A DNA stretch of 64,000 nucleotides from an uncultured Granulicella sp. (GTDB lineage: Bacteria > Acidobacteriota > Terriglobia > Terriglobales > Acidobacteriaceae): NCBI GenBank assembly GCA_937873265.1, contig CALMVL010000072.1, forward strand, positions 2,557 through 66,556, in the 5' to 3' direction. Below the pieces are notes generated by a model that was not told the DNA's origin, made no database searches, and saw nothing but the letters and a program-made list of their open reading frames with translations. A program made the translations under genes and the position numbers. Positions 48,435-58,326 of this stretch are shown here, piece by piece. Every line of letters begins with the position of its first letter. Within the stretch, counting starts at the first letter, position 1.

Positions 48435-49418
48435 ATGAAAATTTCGGTAGTCATCCCTGCTTACAACGAAGCTCGATACATAGGCAGGTGTCTGGAATCT
48501 CTGAGCAGGCAAACCTTACCTCGCGAGCAATATGAGGTGGTGGTCGTCGACAATGGTTCCACAGACGCGACGCCGGAGATAGTGCGTCAGACTGCAGCAA
48601 TCGAATCGTTTCATCTGCGGCTCATCTCACGACCAAAGGTCAGCATCTCTGCCGTGCGAAATCTTGGCGCTGCAGCGACCTCCGGCGAGCTTCTGGCATT
48701 TCTGGATGCGGACTGCATTCCCGATCCGGACTGGTTAGCTTCGGCTCTTAGACTGGCTCCCGCTTCAGGCCTGTGGGGAGCGCATTACCGCATCCCGCAG
48801 GATGCAACCTGGGTGGGCCGAACCTGGTTTCGCTACCAAGCCACTCCGTATGATGGGAACGTTACCTTTCTTCCGGGTGGAGATATGTTTGTCCACCGAG
48901 CGGATTTTGACGCAGTCGGTGGCTTCGAAGAAGCGGTGCGAACCAGCGAGGACGTTGACTTATGTGCACGGGTACGTAGGGCTGGTATGCCTGTCGTCGC
49001 CATGCCCGCGCTCGGAGTCGTTCACCTTGGCACGCCGCGTACCTTAGGTGGCTTTTATCGACAAAACAGGTGGCATGGGCAGGAAGTACTTCGCCTATTT
49101 CTGAAGAACCTGCCGTCTACCAAACACCTGTCGATCATTCTTCTGAGTGTGGCTACTTTGTTATTATTCTGGTTAACTTTCTTCGGGACTTTCTACGCCC
49201 TTTATCGCCATACCTGGTATTTCTTTCTGGCGCCATTTCTGCTTCTTCTTCTGCTTCCCCTACTTCTCGCAGCGCGAAAATGTATACATACTAGGTCCAT
49301 TCGGTCATTTGTATCTTTATTTGCCTTATATCTAACATACTTTTTGGCGAGGGCCGCAGCGCTTCGACATATCATTCGATTAACGTCCTTGGCGGAACGC
49401 GGTCGTACGAAGAGTTAG
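48435..49418 (+). CDS. Glycosyltransferase family 2 with C-terminal TMs
   Basis: ISVVIPAYNE, VVDNGSTD, RNLGA, FLDADC, GGFEE, SEDVDL. Confidence 0.9.
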   Translation: MKISVVIPAYNEARYIGRCLESLSRQTLPREQYEVVVVDNGSTDATPEIVRQTAAIESFHLRLISRPKVSISAVRNLGAAATSGELLAFLDADCIPDPDWLASALRLAPASGLWGAHYRIPQDATWVGRTWFRYQATPYDGNVTFLPGGDMFVHRADFDAVGGFEEAVRTSEDVDLCARVRRAGMPVVAMPALGVVHLGTPRTLGGFYRQNRWHGQEVLRLFLKNLPSTKHLSIILLSVATLLLFWLTFFGTFYALYRHTWYFFLAPFLLLLLLPLLLAARKCIHTRSIRSFVSLFALYLTYFLARAAALRHIIRLTSLAERGRTKS

Positions 49419-49497
49419 TTCGAACGCCTTCTTGCGCTGCTCCTGACTATGACTCCGCGCAGCAACGGAGGCGAGTCCCGCAGGGCGGAACCGGAAC

Positions 49498-50610
49498 TCA
49501 GCGTCCAGGGGACATGGCCTCGCCGTAGAAGTCGAGGTAAGTGTGTGTCATGCGGCTGGCTGAGAAATTCGCCAGCACTCTCCGGTGTCCGGCGTCCGCT
49601 AGGCTTTGACAGCGGCCGGGCTGCAACACCAGGGAGGTAATGGCGTCCGCGAGACGTGTGGCGTCTTCGGGCGCAACTAAGACGCCGGCGTCGCCGTGAT
49701 CGAGCACCATAGGAATCTCGCCGACGGTGGTGGCGATCACGGGGCGACGGCTTGCCATCGCTTCCAGGACGGAGATAGGCAGGCCCTCACGTCGTGACGC
49801 GCAGACGACGATATCCAGGGAGGCGAGCAGCTCAGGAATATGCTCACACCGCCCGAGAAAGGTGACCTGCTTCTGAATGCCGAGCGCCTGTGCCAGGTCG
49901 CCGAGCAAAGAGCGATCGGGACCGTCGCCGGCGATGACGAACTGCACTTCGGGCTGCTCGGCCAGCACGAGAGCGGCGGACCGGAGAAAAAGGTCGATGC
50001 CTTTCTCGTGGGTGAGCCGTCCGATCAGGCCGACTCGCAGCGGACCGCCGCTGGGATTCGCTTCTCTGCCCGGGTCTGCCGCGTTTGCAAATGGTTCGGG
50101 ATCGATGCCGTTTGGAATCAGACGCACCTTCGCGCGAGCTACGCCGGAGCGGATCAGCGTCGTGCAGACGGCGTCCGAGACGGCGGCGACGGCGGCGAAG
50201 CTGCGCAGGGCGAAGCGGTCGGCAATCCCATAGGCGCGTACCTTGGCGTTGCTGTCGAGCCAGTTGTGACAGGTCGATACAAGCACGACGCCTGTGCTCC
50301 GCAACGCCAGGTAAGCGTACACATCGGCCTTGTACCCGTGAGCGTGGACAATGTCGAAGCCCCGATCCCGGACAAGCCCGCGAAGCTGGGCAAAGAGTTT
50401 GCGATCGAACTGCCCATGACAGGGAAGCAGCAGTGACTCGATCCCGTGCGCTCGGCCCTCATGGTAGAGCTGCACATCACCGCCGGCAGAGTTGGCGAAG
50501 ATCCCGAGCACAACGTCGTGGTGGCAGTGCGCCAGACCTTGCGCGAGAGTCAGCACGACCGCCTCCGCGCCGTACATGCCGCCGCTGCTGATGAGGTGCA
50601 ACACCTTCAT
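49498..50610 (-). CDS. Glycosyltransferase family 4
   Basis: MKVLHLISSGGMYGAE, HAHGYKA, IPNGID, GRLTHEKG, EGLPISVLEAMA. Confidence 0.92.
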   Translation of the reverse strand: MKVLHLISSGGMYGAEAVVLTLAQGLAHCHHDVVLGIFANSAGGDVQLYHEGRAHGIESLLLPCHGQFDRKLFAQLRGLVRDRGFDIVHAHGYKADVYAYLALRSTGVVLVSTCHNWLDSNAKVRAYGIADRFALRSFAAVAAVSDAVCTTLIRSGVARAKVRLIPNGIDPEPFANAADPGREANPSGGPLRVGLIGRLTHEKGIDLFLRSAALVLAEQPEVQFVIAGDGPDRSLLGDLAQALGIQKQVTFLGRCEHIPELLASLDIVVCASRREGLPISVLEAMASRRPVIATTVGEIPMVLDHGDAGVLVAPEDATRLADAITSLVLQPGRCQSLADAGHRRVLANFSASRMTHTYLDFYGEAMSPGR

Positions 50611-51392
50611 AAGAGATCTGCCCCGGCCGTCTCCCGTACGGTCTCTGCGCGATTGATCACGCTCCACAGTCTGGCGTAGAGCCTGTCTCCGAGCATCTGC
50701 TTGCCGGCCTGCTTGAGCCGATCCTGCCGTATAACCTGCCGAAGCAACTTGCGATCGGGGGCGAGTAGATCCGCGATCCACGCGAGCCTTGTGTCGCCGC
50801 GAAGGTTGAGCCGGCCGAGGACCGGCGCCGCTGGATCAGGCTCCGCGCGCGGGTTGGAGGTATACACCTGCGTGTAGCCCATCTCGCGACAGGCCGCAAA
50901 GACGCGTCGATTGCCGCGTCCGCCGGGAAGCGAAACTGCTTCGATTGCTGTCCCGAGCTGCTCCTGAAGCAGCTTGCGCGAGTCCCCCAGCTCCGACCGC
51001 AGCTGCGACTCGGAACACTGCGTCAGCAAAGCGTGTGACCATCCATGCGCCCCGATGATGTGACCGGCTCGATGGAGCTCCCGCAGCTCGCGCCAGTTCA
51101 TGTAGCCGGCCCGGCGCTCTGTCCACCCAGCGGTGATGAAAAATGTGGCGCGTTGCTTGTACGAGTCGAGGATCGGCCTCGCGATCTCGTAATCGGACCG
51201 GTGGCCATCGTCGAAGGTGATCTCCGGCAGCAGCGTTGCGCCGGCTTCGCGATGCATACCGGCAAACAGCGCAACTTGCTCCTGAAATCGATCTGGGCTC
51301 ATCACGTAGGAGTAGCGGCTGCCCTCGGGCCGAAGCTCGTGGTAGAGGAAGTAGAGCCGATCGATGCTGGAGGGCGGCACGGCATTGGTCAC
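50607..51392 (-). CDS. Polysaccharide deacetylase (CE4/NodB-like)
   Basis: LYHE, ITFDDG, ATFFI, GAHGWSH, SLPGG. Confidence 0.88.
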   Translation of the reverse strand: MTNAVPPSSIDRLYFLYHELRPEGSRYSYVMSPDRFQEQVALFAGMHREAGATLLPEITFDDGHRSDYEIARPILDSYKQRATFFITAGWTERRAGYMNWRELRELHRAGHIIGAHGWSHALLTQCSESQLRSELGDSRKLLQEQLGTAIEAVSLPGGRGNRRVFAACREMGYTQVYTSNPRAEPDPAAPVLGRLNLRGDTRLAWIADLLAPDRKLLRQVIRQDRLKQAGKQMLGDRLYARLWSVINRAETVRETAGADLL

Positions 51393-51602
51393 GGTGTTGC
51401 TGCCCCTCTATCTTTCCGCGCCAACGAACTTGGACCCCTGCTGTGAGGAGTCGCGTGGCAGCGTGGCATCTTGGGAATATCTTACCGATCCACGGTAGGC
51501 GTGATCGTTCGTGGATCTACAACCTTTGTGGCAGAGCACATCGATCTCCCGCGCGGAAAGGCCCGTTCCGTTCGCACGCCGCGCACGTAAAATGAAACAG
51601 CG

Positions 51603-52538
51603 ATGCCGCGGATCTCGGTCGTCATTCCGACATACAACTGCGCTCATTACCTCGGCCAGGCGATCGAGAGTGTGCTCGACCAGACCTTCTCTGATCTTAG
51701 CGTGTTCGTGGTGGATGACGGTTCCAAAGACAATACGGCAGAGGTGGTGGCGGCGTATGGCTCGCGCGTTACCTACCTCCACCAGCAGAACCGGGGATTG
51801 CCGGCAGCGCGCAATCGGGCGATGGAGGCCTCCGACTCCGAGCTGATCGCGCTGCTGGATGCGGACGACTGGTGGGAGCCGACCAAACTCGCGAAACAGG
51901 TGGCTCTCTTCGACCAGGCAGACCGGCCGGAGGAACTGGCGCTGGTCTATACCGACCTCAAGGTGATCTACGAAGATGGCGCGATCCTGCCGTCGTTTCT
52001 GGCGAGCCGTCCCTTGGCGAAGGACGGCTACGTCTTCGAGAATCTCATCCAGAGCGGCTTCCTTCTTCCCTCGACCGTACTGCTGCGGCGATCCTGCATG
52101 GATGCGGTCGGCAACTTTGATGAGACGATGCGCTCGCATGAGGATATCGATCTGTGGCTACGGCTGTGCCATCGATGGAGGGTGGCCGGCATTCGCGAGC
52201 CGCTGGTTAATCGGCGGCAAGGCGCTCAGAACATGACGGCTAACCCCGCCTTGCGTGCTGAATACGGGGTCAAGACCTATCAGAAAGCGCTCTTGATTCC
52301 GGGACTCACGCTCGACGAGCGCGCGGCCCTTGAGCGCAGACTGCGCCAGGCACACTTCGAGCTCGCGTATTACCTCTTCGATGTAGGGGACGGCCCATCC
52401 TGCCGGCGCAATCTCGCAAAGAGCGTAGCCGGCGGCCGGTGGGACTCTCTCGCGCGCAAGTACTACCTGCTTAGCCTTCTGCCGCGCGGTGTTGTCTCGC
52501 TGGCACGCCGGAGCCGGCCTTTGCCACCAGGTAGCTGA
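51603..52538 (+). CDS. Glycosyltransferase family 2
   Basis: ISVVIPTYN, VVDDGSKD, AARNRA, LLDADD, HEDIDLWLR. Confidence 0.92.
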   Translation: MPRISVVIPTYNCAHYLGQAIESVLDQTFSDLSVFVVDDGSKDNTAEVVAAYGSRVTYLHQQNRGLPAARNRAMEASDSELIALLDADDWWEPTKLAKQVALFDQADRPEELALVYTDLKVIYEDGAILPSFLASRPLAKDGYVFENLIQSGFLLPSTVLLRRSCMDAVGNFDETMRSHEDIDLWLRLCHRWRVAGIREPLVNRRQGAQNMTANPALRAEYGVKTYQKALLIPGLTLDERAALERRLRQAHFELAYYLFDVGDGPSCRRNLAKSVAGGRWDSLARKYYLLSLLPRGVVSLARRSRPLPPGS

Positions 52539-53715
52539 CGCGCTCGAGCGCCTCCGCGCGCGCGGTCCAGGCGAACTCACGTCGAACCCGCTCCAAACCG
52601 GCGGTTCCCATGCGGTTGCGAAGATCCGCATCGTTCAGCAGTTGTCGCAGCGCCGCACGCAGCTCCTCGTCGTTCTCCGACGAGACCAGCAGACCAGTGC
52701 GGCCATCGGCGATTGCTTCTGCCGTGCCGCCGGACCTGCCGCCGATTACCGCTTTTCCCGCTGCGTTCGCCTCGAGGAACACCATGCCAAACCCCTCAAC
52801 GTCGCCGGCCTCCGCCGTGTTCGGCATGGCCAGCAGATCGGCAAGATTGTAGTGCTCATTCAGAGCCTCATCCGCGACAAAGCCGGCGAAGACAACTTGC
52901 TCGGTCAATCCCAGATCTTCCGTTAGGCGGCGCAGCTCGGATTCAGCCGGACCTCGGCCCGCGATCAGATACTTCGTAGGCGGAACCTCATCGCGCAGGG
53001 CCGCAAGCGCTCGAAGGACGCGAGCGTGCCCTTTCCGCGGTACCAGGCGAGCGATCGTGGCGACCACCAGGAAGCCGTTGAGGCCGTACCGCTGCCGCAG
53101 CTGCGGGTCCGGCAGTTCAGGGAAGAAGTATGTCGGATCGAGTCCCGGAGTGAGCTTGTGAATCCTCTCGCGGGCGACCCCGAGGTGCAGCAGGTTTTCG
53201 ACGGCAAAGTCTCCATTGGCCACGACGGCATCGGCGGATCGATAGATGAGATCGCGCAGCTTGGGTTGGAAGCGGCGCTGGTTTGTGAGGGTGATGTCCT
53301 CGCCATGGCAGTACGCGATGAACGGCAGGCGAAACAGTTTCTTGCAGACCAAACCGATCACTGCGGAAGGATAGAGATCGCCGCAGTGCAGCACATCAGG
53401 CCGGCCGCGAAGCATGCGCCAAAGGGTCACAAACAGCGGACCGGCAATCTTAGCCAGCTGCGAGTAACTGAGATCGCGCAGGGGCCGGAAGTGACGACGG
53501 ATGCGATAACGGCCTGTCTGCTCCCGCGCGTCGAAGTTCTCCCAGTCCTTCATCTTGGTGGTCAGAACAAGGACATCGTGGCCCATCCGGGCCAGTCGCG
53601 AGAAGAGGTTGTGGTAGTACACCCGTGAACCCCCGGTGTGGGGGAGGTAGGCGTCGGTCACCAGGGCGATGCGCAGCGGAGCACGCTGTTTCAGCATTTC
53701 GCTTTCCGTCTGCAT
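52471..53715 (-). CDS. Glycosyltransferase family 4 (PimB-like); start approximate
   Basis: LVTDAYLPHTGG, YCHGED, ARLVPRKG, EGFGMVFLEANA, GRSGG. Confidence 0.9.
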   Translation of the reverse strand: MQTESEMLKQRAPLRIALVTDAYLPHTGGSRVYYHNLFSRLARMGHDVLVLTTKMKDWENFDAREQTGRYRIRRHFRPLRDLSYSQLAKIAGPLFVTLWRMLRGRPDVLHCGDLYPSAVIGLVCKKLFRLPFIAYCHGEDITLTNQRRFQPKLRDLIYRSADAVVANGDFAVENLLHLGVARERIHKLTPGLDPTYFFPELPDPQLRQRYGLNGFLVVATIARLVPRKGHARVLRALAALRDEVPPTKYLIAGRGPAESELRRLTEDLGLTEQVVFAGFVADEALNEHYNLADLLAMPNTAEAGDVEGFGMVFLEANAAGKAVIGGRSGGTAEAIADGRTGLLVSSENDEELRAALRQLLNDADLRNRMGTAGLERVRREFAWTARAEALERVSYLVAKAGSGVPARQHRAAEG

Positions 53716-53853
53716 CAGTGCCCCATCAACTCTCACGTATGCGCCTGCCGCCAACCGAAACCCGGAGTGTCCGAAGGCATCCGCAGCGTAACACGCAGGA
53801 TGGGCCTCCACAATGCGATCCCGATACGACTTTCGTGCCATCGGTCCGACCTT

Positions 53854-55482
53854 CTACCGGAGTGCGGAAGCCTGCGGCAGATGACTGGTCTGCTCCGGGG
53901 AGTCAGGAGGGAGCGCCTGGGCGACACCTGAGACGAGAACCGCCTCCCCGGCTTTTGCCGCTTCTGCTGCGGAGACGTCCTGTCCCGGGTGCCGCAGCTT
54001 CACCAGTTCACGAACTTCGCCACGGAAAACCAGACCGACGCATGCCGCGTATACCGGCAGCAGCATCAGCACCTGCGTGAAGAACAGCAGCTTGGAATGA
54101 GCCGGCCAATACCGGTCGAGTGCCGCTGTCGCCGTCGCAAAGGGTATCGCGCACACTGAAATTTTGAGCCAGCCCTGCACGACGTACTCGCCCACAGGCA
54201 CGCCCAGTGTCCGCTCTACATGCCTCGGCCAGAACAGGAGATGAATGCCGGCCATGGACAACGCCGTGCCCCAGGCCACACCGTAGACGCCGATCGTTCG
54301 CACCAGCACAAGGCTCAGACCGAGGTTCAGCGCGGCTTCGATGCTGGCCCACTTCGCCACGGGCTTATGCTGATTCGTGGCGAACATGATGGCGCCCGCA
54401 GTCAGGTTGGCCACAGTGAAAAACTGACTGATCAACAGGATCTGTATGACGGTTCCTGAGATCTGGCTGAACTGCGGTCCCATCCATAGGCCGACAAACG
54501 TCTTACCCCGAAACAGGAGCGTGACGCTGATGGGCAGAGCGAGCCCCAGCGTCGCCTGCGTTCCACGCAAGAGAAATCGCCGCATCTTCTCCGCCTGGCC
54601 CGCGGCCTGGAGATTGCTGGCGAGCGGAACAAAGGTCGTGGACAGTGCCGTGACCACCTGGCTCGCGTACTGGATCAGGCTGCCGCCTATCGAATACGCC
54701 GTGACCAGGCTGACCGTAAGGAAGGCGCCGACCACCAGAGTATCGGTGTTGAAGACGATCTGGCCCGCGATAAGAATGACAAACATGACGAAGCTGTACG
54801 ACCAGATCGTCCGGAGTGTCTCAAGGTCGGGCCGCCCCAACCGAACTCGCGCGGGCGGGAAGATCCTGAGGGCCACAGCGGAGGTCATGAGAGCAACCAT
54901 CAGGATAACGCCGAGTTCCCAGCACGCGAGTGCCTTCAGGCCGCCGCCAGAGCGCAAGATGAGCAGCACGCCCCCCGCGCGCAGCAGTGTCTGCGTCATC
55001 GTAAGCGAGCTGAGGATGTCGAAGCGGTGAATGGCGGAGAGCACCGCGCCATAGACGCCGGATACCAGCGTGAGCGCCACGCCGACGGCGCTGCAAAGGA
55101 CAGTGATCTGGGCCGCTGCCTGAAGCGCGGGCGGAATCCGGAACAGGTGAGGGAAGAGCCACGCGAGCGCGGCGCTGAGCACGGTCACGCCCGCTGCGAT
55201 GAGGAGTCGAAACCACAGAGCGGCTCCGATCGCCCGGCTTGCCGCGGGATGATCTTTTTCAGCGTCTGCTTTCGACACGTACCGAATGACCGCCGACCGA
55301 AGCCCGAGGTCGAGCAGATTGAGGTACGCCACGGTCGACATGGCCAGAATCCATACGCCGTAGGCGCTCGCACCCAGACTTCGGACGATAAACGGCGTCA
55401 GAAAGAAAGGGACCACCATACCAATGGCGGTTGCCCCCCAATTCATGAGTACGTTCGTCGCGAATCGTCTTGGGTTGATCAT
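53854..55482 (-). CDS. Wzx-type oligosaccharide flippase
   Basis: PFFLTPFIVRSLGASAYGVW, LLDLGL, NTDTLVVG; ~12-14 TMs. Confidence 0.88.
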   Translation of the reverse strand: MINPRRFATNVLMNWGATAIGMVVPFFLTPFIVRSLGASAYGVWILAMSTVAYLNLLDLGLRSAVIRYVSKADAEKDHPAASRAIGAALWFRLLIAAGVTVLSAALAWLFPHLFRIPPALQAAAQITVLCSAVGVALTLVSGVYGAVLSAIHRFDILSSLTMTQTLLRAGGVLLILRSGGGLKALACWELGVILMVALMTSAVALRIFPPARVRLGRPDLETLRTIWSYSFVMFVILIAGQIVFNTDTLVVGAFLTVSLVTAYSIGGSLIQYASQVVTALSTTFVPLASNLQAAGQAEKMRRFLLRGTQATLGLALPISVTLLFRGKTFVGLWMGPQFSQISGTVIQILLISQFFTVANLTAGAIMFATNQHKPVAKWASIEAALNLGLSLVLVRTIGVYGVAWGTALSMAGIHLLFWPRHVERTLGVPVGEYVVQGWLKISVCAIPFATATAALDRYWPAHSKLLFFTQVLMLLPVYAACVGLVFRGEVRELVKLRHPGQDVSAAEAAKAGEAVLVSGVAQALPPDSPEQTSHLPQASALR

Positions 55483-55757
55483 CGCCGCAAACGCCGGAAC
55501 AGCCTCGAGTCTAGCAGCGCCACTGGCCCGCGGCTGCCCGTACGGCAGCACCTTTCCCGTTTTGGGCTGCCACTTCTGTGGTAATGCGCGGGGGCCGCGA
55601 ATCGACCATTCTGCACTATGATCGTGTTGCCAGGACGGACATGCCTCTGCCGCCTTGATTCGGCGCGGAGTTCGATCCGACCTGCCTGGAACCTACCCCT
55701 GCCTATGTCCACACCAGGCGCAATCTTCACTCGCATGAAAGCTCGCCGCTTGGTGCG

Positions 55758-56885
55758 ATGGGCGCGATGAGAGCTCTTTTCTGGTTTTCGGCAGTGGCGG
55801 TGGCCTACGCCTATGTCGGCTACGCTCTTGTGCTGGCGTTCCTGGCTCGCGTCAAACGCCGGCCTGCACTGCGCCAGACGATCTACCCTTCGGTATCGGT
55901 TGTGATGGCCGTCCGTAATGAAGAGCGGAGTCTCCCGGCGAAGCTCACAAACCTGGCTGCTTTGGACTACCCGCCGGAGTTACTGCAGACGATCGTGGTC
56001 TCGGATCGATCTGTGGACCGGACGCCTGAGGTGCTGCTTGAAGCGCGGCCGGCGATTCTTCCGGTGATCCTTACGGACGAGAACAATCAGCCTGGCGGGA
56101 AGGCGTCGGCGCTCAATCAGGCAGTAAAGCAGGCGACCGGAGAGGTGCTCGTCTTTTTGGATGCTCGGCAGAGGGTGGATCAGAATGCGATCTCCCAGCT
56201 GGTCTCTTGTTTTGCAGACCCGGAGGTTGGGGCGGTCAGTGGAGAGTTGCTGCTGGAATCCGCGACGGGAGCGTCAGAGGCACTCGGCATCTACTGGAAG
56301 ATCGAGAAGGCGGTTCGGAAGCTGGAATCCGCGACCGGGTCGACGGTGGGCGTGACTGGCGCGATCTACGCGATCCGCCGCGAGCTTTACCGCGAGATTC
56401 CTCCCGGGACAATCCTGGATGACGTTTATGTGCCGATGAACGTCGCCCGCCTGGGAAAACGGGTATTGTTTCAGCCGTCGGCTATCGCGCGCGACCGTCT
56501 GTTCGTGGAGAAGGGCAGGGAGTTCTCGCGCAAGGTGCGCACCCTTACGGGCAACTACCAGCTCCTGCGGCTCGCCCCATGGATCTTGTCGCCGGCAAAT
56601 CCGCTGTTGTTTCGCTTTGTCAGCCACAAGCTGGCCAGGCTTGCCGTTCCGCTATTTCTTCTGACAATGCTTGTCAGCTCCTGGTCCGCAGGTGGTGTCC
56701 TGTATCGCGCTCTCTTCAGTCTGCAACTATGCGTCTATAGCCTGGCCGCGTTCGGCGTGTTGTTGCCGCGAACGCAGCGGTTTAAGCCGGTCGGCATCGC
56801 GCAGACGTTTGTGATGCTGAACGTTGCCGCCGCCGTGGCGTTCTACAACTTTGTAGCGGGTCGTAACAGCGTTTGGGTCCGGTAA
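55758..56885 (+). CDS. Glycosyltransferase family 2 (CESA-like/IcaA-like) with TMs
   Basis: YAYVGY, VRNEE, VSDRSVD, GKASALN, FLDAR, GAVSG, GAIYAIRR, ILDD, RKVR. Confidence 0.9.
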   Translation: MGAMRALFWFSAVAVAYAYVGYALVLAFLARVKRRPALRQTIYPSVSVVMAVRNEERSLPAKLTNLAALDYPPELLQTIVVSDRSVDRTPEVLLEARPAILPVILTDENNQPGGKASALNQAVKQATGEVLVFLDARQRVDQNAISQLVSCFADPEVGAVSGELLLESATGASEALGIYWKIEKAVRKLESATGSTVGVTGAIYAIRRELYREIPPGTILDDVYVPMNVARLGKRVLFQPSAIARDRLFVEKGREFSRKVRTLTGNYQLLRLAPWILSPANPLLFRFVSHKLARLAVPLFLLTMLVSSWSAGGVLYRALFSLQLCVYSLAAFGVLLPRTQRFKPVGIAQTFVMLNVAAAVAFYNFVAGRNSVWVR

Positions 56886-56945
56886 ACTGCATCCAGCAGC
56901 ATCGACCATCCGACACCAACGGAGCCGCTTTTCCGGAGACTGCAC

Positions 56946-58283
56946 GTGGGATTGCACCTGGCACACTACATCCCGTTCATTGCGTACCTTGGCTTCTATG
57001 TCATGTGTGTTGTGGCGTTGTTTAAGGAGCCCCTCTACGGTCTGTATTACGTCATTCCTTTTTTGCCGTATCGCACGATGCGCGATCACTTTACCGAGTA
57101 CCCCCTGGGAGACAATCTCCTTTCATTGCTGATTGTGTGCATCATTGTTGGGGCGTTGCTCAAGGGCAAGCACCTTGCGAAATCCAAGATTTACCTCACC
57201 TGGCTGCTGTTTGCGCTCTATCTTTATCTGTCACTCTGGCTGGGCATGATGCTCGGCTACGGGCCTGCGCCGTTGTGGACTTCGGACGTGAATTTCGTCA
57301 CGTGGAAGGATTACATGATGCTTCCGCTGCTGCTGGTGGCGGCCGGGCTCGTGGTGGAAGACCGGAAGGCGATCCGCACCGTGATCCTGCTCAGTGCGTT
57401 CGCTCTGGTGTTCATCGACCGCGCCTCTCTGATGGATAGTCTTTCCCGTTCCTGGGGTCACTTTGATGAAGACAAACGCGATGGCGGTCCGCTTGGATTT
57501 GCCGGTTCCAACGGGCTGGCGGCCTACCTTGCGCAATCGGCCTTGTTCTTTTGGGGACTGCTGCAGTTTGTTAAGCGCTGGAAAGTGAAGCTGGTTGGCT
57601 ATTCCATCATTGCTGTAAGCCTGCTCGCCACCATGTATGCGTTTTCCCGTGCGGCCTATATCGCCGTGATCGCGGGAGCTTTTGTGCTGGGTGTGCTCAA
57701 GGCGAGAAAGTTGCTCGTCGTGCTGGCGGTATTTCTGGTCACATGGCAGGCAGTGGTTCCCAGGGCGGTTACCGAGCGGGTGCATATGACCTCGGACGCA
57801 AACGGGCAGCTTGAGGCATCCGCTCAGGGGCGTGTCGGCCTGTGGGAGGAGGCCGAGCAGCAGTTTCTGAGCTCTCCAATTGTGGGAGAGGGATACGCGA
57901 CGTACCAATTGCGACCACACTTCGGCAATCTGCGCGACACGCACAACTGGTATGTCAAAGTGATCGTCGAAACGGGCCTGATCGGCCTGTTCTTTGCGCT
58001 TCGCCTGATCGCTCAGGTGATGGCGCTCGGTTGGAGGCTGTTCCGGCAGGGGGTCGATCCGCTCTTTCAAGGGCTCGGGCTTGGTCTCTTGTTGATGATG
58101 CTGGCCTCGGCGATCACCAATTTTTTCGGCGACCGGTGGACCTTCATCGAGATAAATGGGATCTTGTGGGTGATGGTCGGAGCCGCGGCGCGCGCCTTGG
58201 CCCTGGGCGAGGCGCAGGCTCCCGAGATCGCCACATCGGAGCCGGCGACCACAGTCGCGCCGCGCTACCTCGCCTACCACTAG
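56946..58283 (+). CDS. O-antigen ligase/Wzy-polymerase family membrane protein
   Basis: Multi-TM; SNGLAAY, FSRAAY, GRVGLW, PIVGEG, DTHNWYVKVIVETGLIG. Confidence 0.85.
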   Translation: MGLHLAHYIPFIAYLGFYVMCVVALFKEPLYGLYYVIPFLPYRTMRDHFTEYPLGDNLLSLLIVCIIVGALLKGKHLAKSKIYLTWLLFALYLYLSLWLGMMLGYGPAPLWTSDVNFVTWKDYMMLPLLLVAAGLVVEDRKAIRTVILLSAFALVFIDRASLMDSLSRSWGHFDEDKRDGGPLGFAGSNGLAAYLAQSALFFWGLLQFVKRWKVKLVGYSIIAVSLLATMYAFSRAAYIAVIAGAFVLGVLKARKLLVVLAVFLVTWQAVVPRAVTERVHMTSDANGQLEASAQGRVGLWEEAEQQFLSSPIVGEGYATYQLRPHFGNLRDTHNWYVKVIVETGLIGLFFALRLIAQVMALGWRLFRQGVDPLFQGLGLGLLLMMLASAITNFFGDRWTFIEINGILWVMVGAAARALALGEAQAPEIATSEPATTVAPRYLAYH

Positions 58284-58326
58284 CACGCAGCCGCATGTCG
58301 ACCGCCACGCAGAGCCGAGTACGCCT

